NCBI GenBank assembly: GCA_951406725.2
Contig: OX597822.1
Location: 47,306,001 to 47,370,000 of the forward strand
Source: Octopus vulgaris
Lineage: Eukaryota
DNA length: 64,000 nucleotides
Direction of reading: 5' to 3'
How positions within the stretch are numbered: the stretch's first letter is position 1; each line of letters starts with the position of its first letter. This document shows positions 40,771-55,421 of the stretch, piece by piece. The position numbers and the translations under genes are program-made. The notes under the pieces were generated by a model, which saw only the letters and a list, made by a program, of their open reading frames with translations, did not search any database and was not told the origin of the DNA.

Positions 40771-42294
40771 TGTAATCTTGGGTTCCCTGCATATAGGAAA
40801 GAGACAGGATGTTCAGAGTTGGGATACTTTTGATCATAGGTTTCCTTGATCTGTCTGGCCTAGGGTTAAACAGCAACAATACCAATAATGATTTATCCCG
40901 AACACAGACCTTCGTTTATTTCCTCGGGCTATTATATATTATTGACTCCATCCCTTTATTTCTGTAACATGAAAACATCATAACTTATAAAAACGTGTAA
41001 CATGTCTCCTTGTTTATCGCTGATTCATTCATCATTGACCCGGGATAACACAGTACGCACAATTGGTAACCATGTAACGCTTATCACGAATTGATCTGTA
41101 ATAACACGGGTTGGAGATCAGTCAACGAATATGTTTGTATGGCAAAAAACACCTTCCTCAGCGATGATCCACACCAACTACCCAGGACACATTGATAATT
41201 GCTCATGTTTTACATTATACTGATTTACCCATCGAAACTTGGATAAACTTAGATATGTTTCGACTAAAGATTGGTCCAGGCCATGTCTAACTTAATAGCA
41301 CACCTGATAGGATTATCTAAATCCTTTTTAAGTCAAGTTTTGTTTATGGTCCATTCAAGTAGTGGTTCTTGTTGAGTGAGTTGTATCCAGGTATGGGTGA
41401 CTTATCTGGTATTCCTTGAAGAAATCTGTCCAGATTCCGTTTAAAAGTGATGGGATCCTTTTCCTCTTTAATCAGTTTTTGGGACAATGTTAAACAGAGC
41501 AGGGCCTCATTTGCCAACATAACATAGCAGTCCTGGTTTAGGCCGAATGTTGCTGTAATTTATCCCCAGGAGACCTCGTCTCCAGCTGGCTATACGTCAC
41601 GATCTGTGTCCTTATATTTTCGAAAGATTGCCATGTTATGTTGGCAATAGATCTCTAATCTAGAGTACTGTGGCTGAATATCTCCAGTTGAGAGATTTAC
41701 AAATAGTAAATAGTAAGTACCCATCTATTATTTATTTTATCCTGATTCATTTAACACGTCGTTTTATATGAAACCGAACAACCGTAATAAATGAGAATAG
41801 ATATTTTGGAGCTAATTCCTGATTTGACAATTGACAATTTCGTTTCCATCTCGGTGACCTTTTATCTTTTACTTGTTTCAGTCAATGGGCGGGACATCGC
41901 CTTAATATGTTATTTTTTTCGTTGAGCAAGTTGACCCCAGTATTTATAATGTTTTTTTTAAAGACTGGTACTTATTGCGTTGTTTCTTTTTGCAGAGCCC
42001 TTATGTTACAAGGATTTAAACAAACCAACACTGATTGTCAAGCTGTGGGAATCGAACAGCCAACGCAAAAAAACGCATTCCAGAGTTAACAAGACCTGGC
42101 TTTTGTCTCGTATGAAAACTGGTGCTGTTGTGCAACTTATACCGTGTGAGGAATAGCGTATGCCATATAAAAGCTGCATCCTCTTCACCACCAGCACCTT
42201 CAGCACCATCACCACCATCACCACCACCACCACCACTAGCACCAGCACCACCAGCATCACCAGCACCAGCACCAGCACCACAAGCACCACCACC

Positions 42295-42325
<31 letters not shown>

Positions 42326-43337
42326 GCAACCACCACCACCACCACCACCACCATCACCACCACCACCACCGTCGCCGCCATCGCCGGACATTACTGTCTC
42401 AAACGTTAGGACTCGTAGATCCGGATTCCATGGCGCACAAGTGACCGAGAATACGATATCCTCCCTGAGTAGGATGCCAGTCTGTCGCAGAATGTACCCA
42501 TTTACAGCTGAGTGGACTGGAGCAATGCGAGATGAAGTGTTTTACTCAGGAACAGAACGCGCCGCCCGGTCCGGGAATCGAGACGACGATCTCGCGATCG
42601 TGAGTGCAACACCCTTGATCCCTGGTTCTGCTGTTTGGTTGTTACTTCGTGAAGGATAGCGTACGTCATATAAAAACCGTATGGGTTGATCTCTGACCTT
42701 TTCAACATAGACTTTTTGATCGTCGACAAAGAAATTATGGATTAAATTAGTATTTCTTGCTGTTGTGAATCCTTGCTTATAAACGATAAAGTTTTGTAAA
42801 TGAAATGGCTGTTTGTCAAGTATTTGAAAGCACAAAGAATTTGTCGCCTCGGAATATTCTTCAAAATTCTATAGAATGGAGGTGATTCTTCTGTTTTTCA
42901 GTTTTAAGGATGAGAACAGTTGTTCTTTTTTATCGTTGTAAAACCTTACAAAAAGACCGTAACTGCAGCAGCAGATACTTCAACAAATAACGAAGCATAC
43001 AGTGAAATCAATCTATCTATATGTATGCAGGCAAATATGTCCATACAGACGTGCATTTGTACAAACCTGCCGGCACACACACACACACACACATCTATAT
43101 AAATATTATATATATAGAAGCAGGAGTGACTCGCTAGCCAATACACATTCTTTATTTTCTCTCTCTTTATTTTCTCTCCTTGTTTCTTTCTTTGAAAGAG
43201 CGTAGGCTCGAAATGTTAAAGACTTTTTCACTTCCCGAGCGTTATACTAATATATCTGTTTGTTGTCTACACCACCTGTCTTCGTCTTTTGTTTTTTTTG
43301 GGGTTTTTTTTGTGTGAATTCTTCCCATATATAATTT

Positions 43338-44130
43338 ACATAAATTACCTTTCCAGCGTCGTAAATCACTGCAAAGTGAAAATATTTGCTGATGACACTA
43401 AGCTCCAGCAAATCATCATAGAAGAAGAAGACCGAACTCAACTTCGGTCTGATCTATATGCTGTGAGTCAATGGGCAGACAAAAACAAAATGCAACTGAA
43501 CGAGGGAAAATTTGAGCTGATGCATTTTGGAAGAAAGTCTATACTAAAACAGCCATACTCTCTTCCTTCAGGGGAACCGCTCACAGCATCTAATAATATC
43601 AGAGACCTGGGTGTAATTGTTGATGACGATCTCAGTTGGAGTGTCCACCTCAACAATAAGGTCGGTATAGGTCGTAGGATGAGCTCCTGAATCTTAAGAA
43701 CCTTCCGGTCCAGAGAACAAGGTGTCATCATTCCACTTTTCTCCTCATTTGTACAGTCACACCTCGAATACTGCTGCCCCTTGTGGTCTCCCCATACAAA
43801 AGAAAACATCTCAAGGATTGAATCACTCCAGAGGGCACTCACTAAACGAATTGAAGGCATGACTGATCTCGATTACTGGGACTGCTTTAAAGCCTTGAAA
43901 CTCTGTTCCCTCCAACGTCGCCGCGAGCGGTACATCATTTGTACGATGTGGAGAATATACCGCCAGCATTGCCAAAACGACCTGAACATTAGTTTCAAGG
44001 TTCATCTAAGGCTGGGACCACGGGCTATACGTCCCCTGCCCAATTCAGGATCACAACATATAGGTACACTGTGACACAATTTCTTTTCCTCAACAGGCCC
44101 TGCCCTGTTTAACATTGTCCCGAAAGAGAC
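43338..44130 (+). mobile_element. CR1/L2-group LINE reverse transcriptase fragment, with in-frame stops
   Basis: Encodes KIFADDTKL...QWADKNKMQLNEGKFELMHFG...DLGVIVDDDLSW...HLEYCCPLWSPH...IESLQRALTKRIEG...SLQRRRERY. Confidence 0.9.
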
Positions 44131-44150
44131 AATATATATATAGGCATATA

Positions 44151-44388
44151 CTAGCAGAGATAACCGGCGTTGCTCGGGATTAAAATGACGTAGTTTTGTA
44201 TTGTTTTACATGTTTCGGTCATGTGACTGCAGATATGCTGGAGCACCGCCTTTAGTCGAGGAAATCGGCCCCAGGATTTATTCTTTGTAAGCCTAGTACT
44301 TATTCTATCGGAGTGTTTTGCCAAACGGCTAGGTTACGGGACGTAAACACAACAGCAATATATATATGCATATATTTAGACATATATA

Positions 44389-44456
<68 letters not shown>

Positions 44457-44492
44457 TCTATACATATATATATATGTATACATACTATCTAA

Positions 44493-44557
<65 letters not shown>

Positions 44558-44623
44558 TATATATATACATATATACATATAATCTATACATATACATCTA
44601 TATATACATATATATATACATAC

Positions 44624-44664
<41 letters not shown>

Positions 44665-44665
44665 C

Positions 44666-44697
<32 letters not shown>

Positions 44698-44825
44698 ATG
44701 TGTATACATGTATATATGTGAGATAATAGTTTCAGTATTAATAGTGAAAGTATATAATAGTGAAAATATTAAACTGAAAGTATTATCTTACATTACGATA
44801 GAAATGTTATTGTTTCACTTTTGAC

Positions 44826-44900
<75 letters not shown>

Positions 44901-45215
44901 CGTGCGTGTGTGTGCATGTGTGTGTATGTGTATGTATGTATATATTTGAGATAATAGGTTCAGTATTAATAGAGAAAGTATTAAACTGAAAGTATTATCT
45001 CACATTATAATAGAGATTTTATTGTTTCGCTTTGATACGTAATACTGAAATAGTGTAAGAGATAAGAGATTGCTCTGCGCCCGCATTAGGCAAGAAGTTG
45101 AAACTTTTTGGGCCCATGACACTGCATGTACTCTAAGTAAGATATGTGTAAAATTTGAATGAAATCGGTTGGGTAGTTCTAGAGTTTTAGTGATGCACAC
45201 AGACAAAAAAAACCC
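44151..45215 (-). mobile_element. Non-autonomous Helitron-like element with nested SINE and microsatellites
   Basis: Minus-strand 3' end CCCGAGCAACGCCGGTTATCTCTG-CTAG (hairpin plus CTAG). The 5' part (CCGATTTCATTCAAATTTTACACAT...TTCAACTTCTTGCCTA) is shared with 51360-51560. Confidence 0.65.
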
Positions 45216-45247
45216 CCAGAAAACGTTACACGATTACAAATACAATA

Positions 45248-45305
<58 letters not shown>

Positions 45306-45700
45306 TACATACATACATACATACATACATACATACATACATACATACATACATACATACATACATACATACATACCAATCTTGAGAAATTGGGCTTTTC
45401 AAAACCAGAAAGGAGAAAGCTGATTCGAAGACTACAAATGCAAGCCATCACTGGAACTGTAAAAATCTTTACGACTTTCCGGAAGATTATCATTTAAGTA
45501 TATCTGAGCATGTATATAGATATGCAACCATATTGCATGGGAATACATACATATAATAAAGCATACAAATCTGCACGTATACATACATACAAAAATACCC
45601 TGTTGTTGATGTTGAAATTCCAATGAAGGAGCCTTGGTTCGAGGTTAGAAACTAGCTCTTTCTATACTGGCCAGAAATGTTTAAATAAAACTGAATAATG

Positions 45701-45731
<31 letters not shown>

Positions 45732-45735
45732 GACA

Positions 45736-45784
<49 letters not shown>

Positions 45785-46628
45785 ATATTGTTTTTGAAGT
45801 GGAAAACTTTCAGGGGCCTCGTGTTTCGTGTGAAACATATAGAGGAGACGTATGTATAACAGAGAGACAGAGGGGGAGGGGAGATAGCGCGAGGGAATGG
45901 AAAGGGTAGGAAGGGAAAGAGGAAGATGATAGAGGGAGGGGAAGGAGAAAGGAGGGAGCGGTGTAGGGAAGGAATGAGAGAATGAGAATGGGGGCAGATT
46001 CGAAGAAGCCGTTTGAAATGATTGTCGACAAGTTAAAGAGATAATCCAGTTGAATCAGATTGTGTTAATCCTTAGAGTAACTATGTCCAAGCATAGGAAG
46101 GAGGAACACGATCGATAACAGGAGGCCTGGGGTGGGTGCTGTGCTATAGGAAAGTGGTGGGGAGGAAACGGATTGTTTTAAAAGAGGATTACACGGACAG
46201 ATCTATTATAATTAAGGTTTGGAGGCAAGGGGTCGGATGTGAGGGGTGATGTGGGGGGATGTTTGGACAAGGTGAGGGTGGTGTCGAAGTTGAGAGTGCT
46301 GTTATAAGGGAGGCGGTGGCGATGCAGAGAGTGGTGGAGTTTGAGTGGCAGGTGGTGATGGAGTTGGAGTGGTGGATAGCGATGAAGTGGAGGGGGTACT
46401 GGAATTGAGCAGTCTTGGAGTGTGGAATGCTGGAGGAGTGGAGGGTGGTGATGGTGTGCAAGACGGAAAGCAATCTTTGAGAAGCTGTTTCCTTTTGGTT
46501 CCACTCAGTGGGTTACCCACTGGGTGGTACCTTGGGCAAGTATCTCCTACTATAGCCTCGGACCGATCAAAGCCTTGTGAGTCGATTTGGTAAACGAAAG
46601 TGAAAGAAACCCGTCGTATATATATATA

Positions 46629-46733
46629 TTGGCCTGCTCGCTTAGCCAGCGTCACTTGATGGTTAAAACAATGTGAAGCGCATTGTGACCAGCGATGTGT
46701 ACCCACATCTGATAGCCTGGTCGGTCACGTGAT

Positions 46734-46797
<64 letters not shown>

Positions 46798-47022
46798 GTG
46801 TGTTGTGTGTGTGTGTGTGTGTGTGTGTTTCTTTGTGTTTATTCGTCCTCCACAAGTGCTTGACAACCAGTGTTGGTCTGTTTACATCCCCGTAATTTAG
46901 TATCTCGTGATCACGTGACCGACCTGACTATCAGATGTTGTTACATATCATTGGTCACAGTGCGCTTTGCATCATTTTAGCCTTCAAATGACGCCACTCC
47001 GCTGGCTCGGCCCGCAGGCCAA
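46629..47022. repeat. Inverted pair of a ~115-bp element, each ending in TCACGTGATCACGTGA or a near match
   Basis: 46629-46740 and 46903-47022 are diverged reverse complements, both embedded in a SINE. Confidence 0.8.
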
Positions 47023-48212
47023 CTATTCCCCTCTGGTCGAAAGGGGAACCTGATCACGTGGTAATTGTTCCACTGCCATCCACACTTCTATTCCCCTTCT
47101 CTTGCATCGTTCTCTGTTTTATTATTGTTGACCCACTCAGTTCCCTTCTACACCCTTTAACACTCTCCTTTATCTTTCATATTTTTTTTCTTTTATTTGT
47201 TCCAGTCATTGGATTGTGGTCATACTGAAGCATCGCATTCAAACAAATCGATCATAGTACATAATTTCTTTTTATATCTAATACGTATTCGATCGACCTC
47301 TTATGCCAAGCCGGTAAGTTACAGGGACGTTAGCAAACAAATACCGGTTGTCAAGCGGTGGTGCTGGACAAACAAAGACTAAGACACACGTCTAATTCTT
47401 TAAATCTCACCTCATCTTCATCGCCCACTCATTCTGGGAGGATTGTTGGGACAGAGTCCTCAAGCAGACTTCATTGGGTCCTGTCGGAATTATCCATCTC
47501 CAATTGATTCTCGGTTGAGCTGTTCTGCTAGAGAGCGGGTCGCAAGTGACGGATAGCTATACGGCCTCCATATATAATGGATATTTTCGAGATAAGCGGG
47601 CTCCTGCAGGATGAATAAGCAACCAGAGACCAAACAGCGGTTGGTCTGGAAGCGATGCTGGATAAAGTCCCTGGTGAAATGGAACAATAAGTGACACCGG
47701 TTAACTCTCAAGAAAACTACATTCCAGCCATGTAGTTACGACAGATCGAGTAAAGACCAAATCAGCAAAGCCTAGTCTTGGCGGGTCTAAGACAATTCCC
47801 AAATAAGACCATCAAAAACTGCAGTATGGTTAAAGGTTTATATTCTTTTAATGAAAACCGACAGGACAAAATAAGAATCGCATTAAATCCACCAGAGATT
47901 TCTCTCTTTCAATCATAAATATTTTTTGATTTTGATCCAAAATGGAACTCGTTACACTGCCGCTAGATAACACTTCAAACTGCTCAAACCATCCCGGTCT
48001 AAGTCACAAATATCTCAGCCTCCATTTCAAGCACGGACAAGGTTCAGGCGGGGTTAATAACTCGAGTCGGATGTTTGCATTGTCTACCCCATTCAAAAAG
48101 AAAAAAATGTGGGTATGGGGAGGGTTGTACGGATTTTCTTTGGAACTTTTGAGGAAACGCGAAACTCAGCGTAAAACACACAAACACACACGTACATACG
48201 CATATACACATA

Positions 48213-48775
48213 CACGAGGTCTGATCAAAAACTATCGGGACTGTTGCTATGGTAACGGAGCTAAAGTAAGCAGAGTTAAGTCCCTTGGAACAGATTGGCC
48301 TTGAACACTGTTGCGCATGCACACAAAGTTATGACGTTCTCGCTCACTTTTGATGTTTATAGTGCTTGGAAGTAAGTGTGTAGAGTGTGGTCGTCTCAAG
48401 AAGAAGGCCGGGGTCCAGCAGCGCAGGATCTCCTTGATTATGTCGAAGAAGGCTAAAAGTTCTTGGAAACGGTTATAACAGAAGACGAATCATGGGTCTA
48501 TGGCTACGAGCCCGAAACCAAGGCAAAAATCAAATCTCTCTTGACAGGAACAAAATTTCAAAACGTCGAGGAAATCCAACAGGATGCGACGAGGCAGCTT
48601 CTCACTATCCTCCAAATGGAGTCCCATGAATGCTTCCATAAATGGAGACGATGCCGGATAAAGTGTGCGGCTTCAGGGTGGGGTGGGGTGAGCTACTTCA
48701 AAGGAGATTAAATGCCGAATTGATGTCTTGTAGTTTTGTTTTTCTACCACAAGTCCCAACACTTTATAACATAAG
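48213..48775 (+). mobile_element. Internally deleted mariner element
   Basis: TIR-like CACGAGGTCTGATCAAAAACTATCGGGACT. Encodes VITEDESWVYGYEPETK fused to the C-terminus KFQNVEEIQ...KWRRCRIKC...YFKGD*. Confidence 0.85.
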
Positions 48776-48863
48776 AGGATCTCTCATATGGACTTGTGGG
48801 TGCATAAAAGCACTTATATTTATATTTGTTGCAAGCGAAAAGCATCCGCTACAGCTACCGGAA

Positions 48864-49202
<339 letters not shown>

Positions 49203-49603
49203 TAATATAAACTCGAGTGCTTTTATTCACCACAGGTTGTTACGAGAGGTTCTCTCGGGGTATGTGACTAGAGTATTTTGTGTTCCAACACAACATCCAC
49301 TTTTAAGTGGCGATAAGTATTACCTTTTGGTACTGATACTGCTTCTGTCGCTATTAATTATGAGTGTGTGTGTGTGTCCCTCTACCAACCTTCAATTCTT
49401 TTTTCTTTCTTTTGTTCTTCCCCCTCTCTCTCACTTTCTCTCCAGTTCTGTGTTTTCTTTTTCTTTGTCTCCTTAAAACCACCATATGTTACCTTTGCAT
49501 CTCCTTTTTCTCAGGTATGAAACACACACGCGCGCACTCATTTATGAACACACGAATACACACAGGTACTCACACACGCATGTGCCTAGTCAGATCATCA
49601 AGT

Positions 49604-49640
<37 letters not shown>

Positions 49641-49657
49641 AAAGACACTCGTTCATA

Positions 49658-49706
<49 letters not shown>

Positions 49707-50674
49707 ACACACGCAGATACACATACATCCATCCACACCCACACGCACATACACATACTCACAGGCACCCCCACACACGCACGCATACTCACAATCTCCT
49801 CCTTTCTCTCTCTCAAACACACACACACACACACACGCACTCACACCCCCCTTCACATAAAAACAAGTCTGTACGTATCTCCGCCAAAATCACCAAAATA
49901 CCTATATAAATAAATAAATAAAGCTCGGGTGTCCGGGTTTCATAATGTTTTTCTTAACCCCCCACCCCAACTTTGTCATCTGGCTTTATAGATACCCCCG
50001 GGTACATCCCCACACACCTTATTCCACATAACTCGGCGCTACCCTCCACTGCCACCCACCCTCCTCGGCTTAGATGTTCCACGTGTGAGAAATTACAGGT
50101 TGGAACGGATTTATTCAAGGTGTGTGGAGGTGATGGTAGGGGTGGTGGTGATGGTAGTGGTAATAGTAGTGGTTGTGGTAGTGGTGGATGTGAAGGTGGT
50201 GATGATGGTCATGGTAGTGGTGATGGTGGTGGTTGTAGTAGTAGTGGTGGTGATGGTAGTAGTGGTTGTGGTAGTGGTGGGGGTGAAGGTGATGATGATG
50301 GTAATGGTGGTAGTGGTGGTGGTAGTGATGGTGATGGCGGTTGTGGTCGTGGTGGTGGAAATATTAATAGTTGAAGTAGTAGTAGTTGAAGTAGAGTAGT
50401 AGTGGTAGTAGTAGTGGTAGTAGTAGTAGCAGTGGCAGTGGCGATAGTGGTCGTATTGGTGGTGGTGGTATGGTTGCCGTGGTGGTAGAAATGGTGGTGG
50501 GAGTAGCTGTGATAGTACTAATGATGGCAGTGGTAGTTGTGGTGGTGGTGGTGGTAGTAGTAGTGCTATCTCGTAGTGGTAGCAAAGGTAGTAACGATGG
50601 TGGGGGTGGTTGCGGTGAAATGGTGGTAGTAGTGGTGGTGGCGGCGGCGATGAAGCTGTTGTTGGGGATGATAC

Positions 50675-50735
<61 letters not shown>

Positions 50736-51276
50736 AGGGTAATAACGATGCAGTTGGTGGTGGTGATGGTAATGGTGTTAGTGACGTCAAGAGTGACGGT
50801 TGTTGTAATGATGATGATGATGATAGTAGTGGGACGGGGTCATGGTAACAAACTTTTTAGTGTGTGTGTAGGATAGCTAAAGAGGTAGGAAGCTGTTCTG
50901 CGTCCCTTCCATCAGCGCGTGGGGTGGGGGAATGATCCAGGTGTAGGAAACGCTTCAGTGTCCCAGCCTTGCGTCACCACTCACTCAGTTATTGTTTTGG
51001 CAGGTGATGGCAGCCATTTTAACCTGTTTTCAATCATCAACATGAAGGTGTTGCGTTCGTGATTGAGGTAGTGGTGGCAGCGGGAGGTGATGGTGGTAAA
51101 AACTAGAAAAATAGTGTATGTATGTATATGCGCAATTACACACACACACACACACACGCACACAAACGAACACACACAAACAAACACATACACGCACACG
51201 CATGCACATACACACATATACACAAACGTGAGCACATTCGTACAAAACAAAAGTTGAAAAGTTAGCACTCGGAAAC

Positions 51277-51308
<32 letters not shown>

Positions 51309-51359
51309 AAGATATATATATCTATATATATATAAACCAAAGATATATATATTTTTTAT

Positions 51360-52344
51360 ATATATAAAACTGAGAATCTGTCTGTCTGTCTGTCTGTGTG
51401 TTTCCATAAAACTTGAGAACTACACAACCAATTTCATTCAAATTTTACACATGCCTTACTTAGGGTCCATGTAGTTTCATGGGCAAAAGAAAATGTTCAA
51501 CTTCTTGCCTAGAGCGAGCCCATAGCAATATCATATCTTCTCCACTATTTCAGTATTACGTGTTAAAAGTGAAACAAAAACGTTTCTCTATTTTATGTCA
51601 GATACTTTCACTTTAACTATAAAAATAATAATAACAATTGAATTATATGTAGTAAGTAATAATTAAAATCAAACTAAAGTAACATGACAAAAGTAAAAAT
51701 AGCAATTGGTATAAAATTGCATCAATGATTTGAACTTGAATAAGTGGTTTCACTTGAATGGGAATAAATTAAAAATAAAATTAGCGTGCAGAAATGGAAT
51801 AGTCCAGATGGATAATAAAAAATTAAATTAAAGAAAAGACCATTGTCTATAAAGTATACAATGTAGAGAAAAAAAGATTTGAACACATGGAGGAAAGCAC
51901 CTTCGAAAAGTGTCTTGGTGCGACTATGAAAAGTATCTAATCAGAGGCGGTAAGTTCGCCACAATAGAAGCAAGGTTCAAGGGAGTACTCGACTCGAACT
52001 TGCAAAGTGAAATATTTTATTTTTAACTTTATATCTGGGACGTAGGACGTCCCGGAAAAAGATTTAAAATGTTCCTCCGCCCATAAATAGAGGTAGGCTG
52101 GATTGTAGCCACACTTCCATACAAGAGGGAGGACAAGATACAATTGATCGAAATTACAAGAGACGGGCTAACAATTCCAGTCTGTTATATATTTTGAGAA
52201 TTGTTATCACTAGCGATATCAAGATATAACTTTGTATTTTGTATTTTATGTGTAGATGTATATATATAGATGTACATGTAATATGTACACATATATACAT
52301 GCACTAGCACTATGACCCGACAACGACGGGTCTTTAATGCTAGT
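51360..52344 (+). mobile_element. Non-autonomous Helitron-like element; 3' boundary uncertain
   Basis: TATATAAAA start with (CTGT)n, body shared with about 45060-45215(-), and a downstream GACCCG-N7-CGGGTC hairpin followed by CTAGT. Confidence 0.6.
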
Positions 52345-52733
52345 ATACATATATGTATGTGGGGGTGTACGCGCTTACACACACACGCAAGCGCGCACAC
52401 ACATACACACACACACACAAACACACTCACACACACACACACATGCACACACAGTTATTTCATTGTCTTGAATACACAGGATTTTCTTATGATCGGTTAC
52501 GCGAAACGCTGAGTAATAGTTTCCCTTTGTTGTTGTTTTAGCCTCAGTAAAACACAATTTTACCTTCGGTTTTCGAGTGCTATATTCTTGCGCCTTGTTT
52601 TGTACGTATGTGCTCATGGATGTGTATATGTGTGTGTGATCGCACACGTGTTTGTGTCTGTGTTTTTGCTTGTGTGCGTGTGTAAATGCGCATATACATA
52701 CATACATACATACATACATACATACATACATAC

Positions 52734-53088
52734 ATGGTGGCTGCCCCCTCGTTATCAAGTATAGCCATTGCACGATGCTTAATCAATGTTGTTATCGTGC
52801 AATACCTGTGCAAGATGATTTTTTTTTAAAGTGAGGAAAGGCTGTGCACTGAGTCAATCCCACTCACTAGGCAACAGCAGCCATAATCCGAAACGAAGAA
52901 CAAGTCAACATCATCGGTAACCACTGAGCCGCAGGTTTTATGTCGGAGTTATCCCAGTTACCTGAGTTACCTTTTCCTAGAAGGATGCCCTAAAAAAGGC
53001 TAGGAGTCCTACCTCCCAATAGTTTAACCGCGCGATCGGGTATTCAGTCCGATTATTTCTATGTCCCCGCGCATGATACATCCTTAAG
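52734..53088 (-). mobile_element. Truncated copy of a non-coding retroposon with a (TATG)n tail
   Basis: About 355 bp, highly similar to 53295-53649, ending in (TATG)n on the minus strand. Confidence 0.75.
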
Positions 53089-53294
53089 ACATACATACAT
53101 ACATACATACATACATACATGCATACATACATACATACATACATACATACATACATACATACATACATACATACATACATACGTACATACATACATGCAT
53201 GCATACATACATACATGCATGCATACATACATACATACATACATACATACATACATACATACATACATACATACATACATACATACATGGTGGT

Positions 53295-53851
53295 ATGGTG
53301 GCTGCCCCCTCGTTATCGTGTATAACCATTGCACGATGCTTAATCAATGTTGTTATCGTGCAATGCCTGTGCAAGAAGATTTTTTTTAAAGTGAGGAAAG
53401 GCTGTGCACTGAGTCAATCCCACTCACTAAGCAACAGCAGCCATAATCCGAAAAGAAGAACAAGTCAACATCATCGGTAACCACTGAGTCGTAGGTTTTA
53501 TGTCGGAGTTACCCCAGTTACCTGAGTTACCTTCTCCTAGAAGGATGCCCTAACAAAGGCTAGAAGTCCTTCACTCCCAATGGTTCAACCGCGCGATCGG
53601 GTATTCAGTCTGATTATTTCTATGTCCCCGCGCATGATATAGCCTTAAGGTATTTATTGGATGGCCGTTGACTCTCAAGAGTTCCTCCGCCCTTTGACGG
53701 GTTTTGTTTTTCATCCCGTAGGGTGTCCAATAAACACCCTCCTCACCAAGCAAGCTTGGTGGGGTTGCCGGTTTAGTCGCCGACGACCCGACCATGCAAC
53801 AGGTTGTACTGGGTTACATGTTACCAGTAGCACTCGAAAGTGACGTGACAC
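53295..53851 (-). mobile_element. Longer copy of the same retroposon, possibly RTE-derived and non-autonomous
   Basis: Shares its 3' 355 bp with the neighbouring copy. The extra 5' part (AACCCCACCAAGCTTGCTTGGTGAGGAGGGTG) resembles RTE-clade 5' UTRs, from recollection only. Confidence 0.6.
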
Positions 53852-53876
53852 AACATACATACATACATACATACAT

Positions 53877-53909
<33 letters not shown>

Positions 53910-54784
53910 GTGTGCATGGAGTTCAAGCGCAGTGAAAATTATATTTATGGGGTATTGGGCAATGAAAATGAAAAAATCTCCGAATCGAACGAACTTAGAA
54001 ATGTTTGGGGACTGATTTGAAACATTACTTTTATAGTATTGGGTTTATCTGATATGATCAATGTACAAATGAGTGACCACCTTCGGTCATGAATGACCAT
54101 GGGATTGCACCTAGAAAGTTACCCGCCGGGGCACAAGTCTGGGCAAGGTTGTTTATGGAAGACCAGCAGTCGCCCATGCACACCGGTCTCTCCTCTCCTC
54201 GCCACCAGTGTTATCCAAGGGAAAGGCAAAGGGACCGATACAGCCTAGCACTTGTGACGTCGCATTTCTACAACTCATTTCTACAGCTGAGTGAAGTGGA
54301 GCAACGTGAAATAAAGTGTCTTGCTCAAGAACACAACACGCAGCCCGGTCCAGGAATCGATCTTCACGATGTACGAATATAATAATAACTATTTATATTA
54401 TCATGCATGTGTTTTTTTTTTATGGTAAGAGTGAAAAAAAAATCGATTTTGCTTGTAAAACGTTTTGGGCCTGGGTTTTCACTCACTAAGAAAATTTCGA
54501 TCATTTTGTTCATTTATGCATGCATGTCTGTGGAACATCGTTCTCATTCTTTTCCTTCCAATTCGGTACATACTTCATCGATATCTGATTGTCCAACCGC
54601 TATGTTACAGGTATAAATAGCCATGGCTTATGTCATAAAACTGTTATTTTAACCGGTGTAAACCACGTGGTTTCGGGTGCAATCCCACTACGTGGAACCT
54701 TGGGCAACAGTTCTCTACTATAGTTCCGGGTTAATCAATACTTTGTAAGTGAACTTGGTAGACGGAAACTGTGTGGAATCCTGT

Positions 54785-54819
<35 letters not shown>

Positions 54820-55389
54820 ACGGGGTTAGGGAGGGGTCGGCAAAAGAGACCGATGAAATATTAGACCTACAATAATATGTTCGATAAAACTGTTCAATGT
54901 GGTGCCCTAGCATGGCCGCAGTCCAATGACTGAAACCAGCGACAAACGATAAACATACATATATGAATAAACACCCACACAAACCCACACACTCATATCC
55001 ATTAATCCATCCATCCTCTTTATCTATCTGTCTGTCTGTCTGTCCGTCTGTCTGTCTTCTGCCTCTACATGCATACATACACACACACATGCATACACAC
55101 ATACATACACACATACATACACTCATACACACATACACTTACATACATACATGCATACATACACACATGCACACATACATACACATACATACATGCATAC
55201 ATACACACATGCACACATACACACATACATGTATACATACATACATGCAAACATGCATACATACTTACACACACATACACATATACACACATACATACAC
55301 ACACATACATACATAGACACACATACATACATACACACACATACATATACACACATACACACGCATTCATACTCACATAGATACGCACT

Positions 55390-55421
<32 letters not shown>

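Noticed and set aside
42006-42444. Pro/Thr/His-rich ORFs (also 49973-50790 and 55578-56014)
   Set aside because: These are (CAC)n/(GGT)n low-complexity tracts with no recognisable domain or convincing splice context.
43185-43225. Hammerhead-like GAGC-GTAG-GCTC-GAAA
   Set aside because: The CUGANGA half of the core is not recoverable, so it is kept only as a weak trace.
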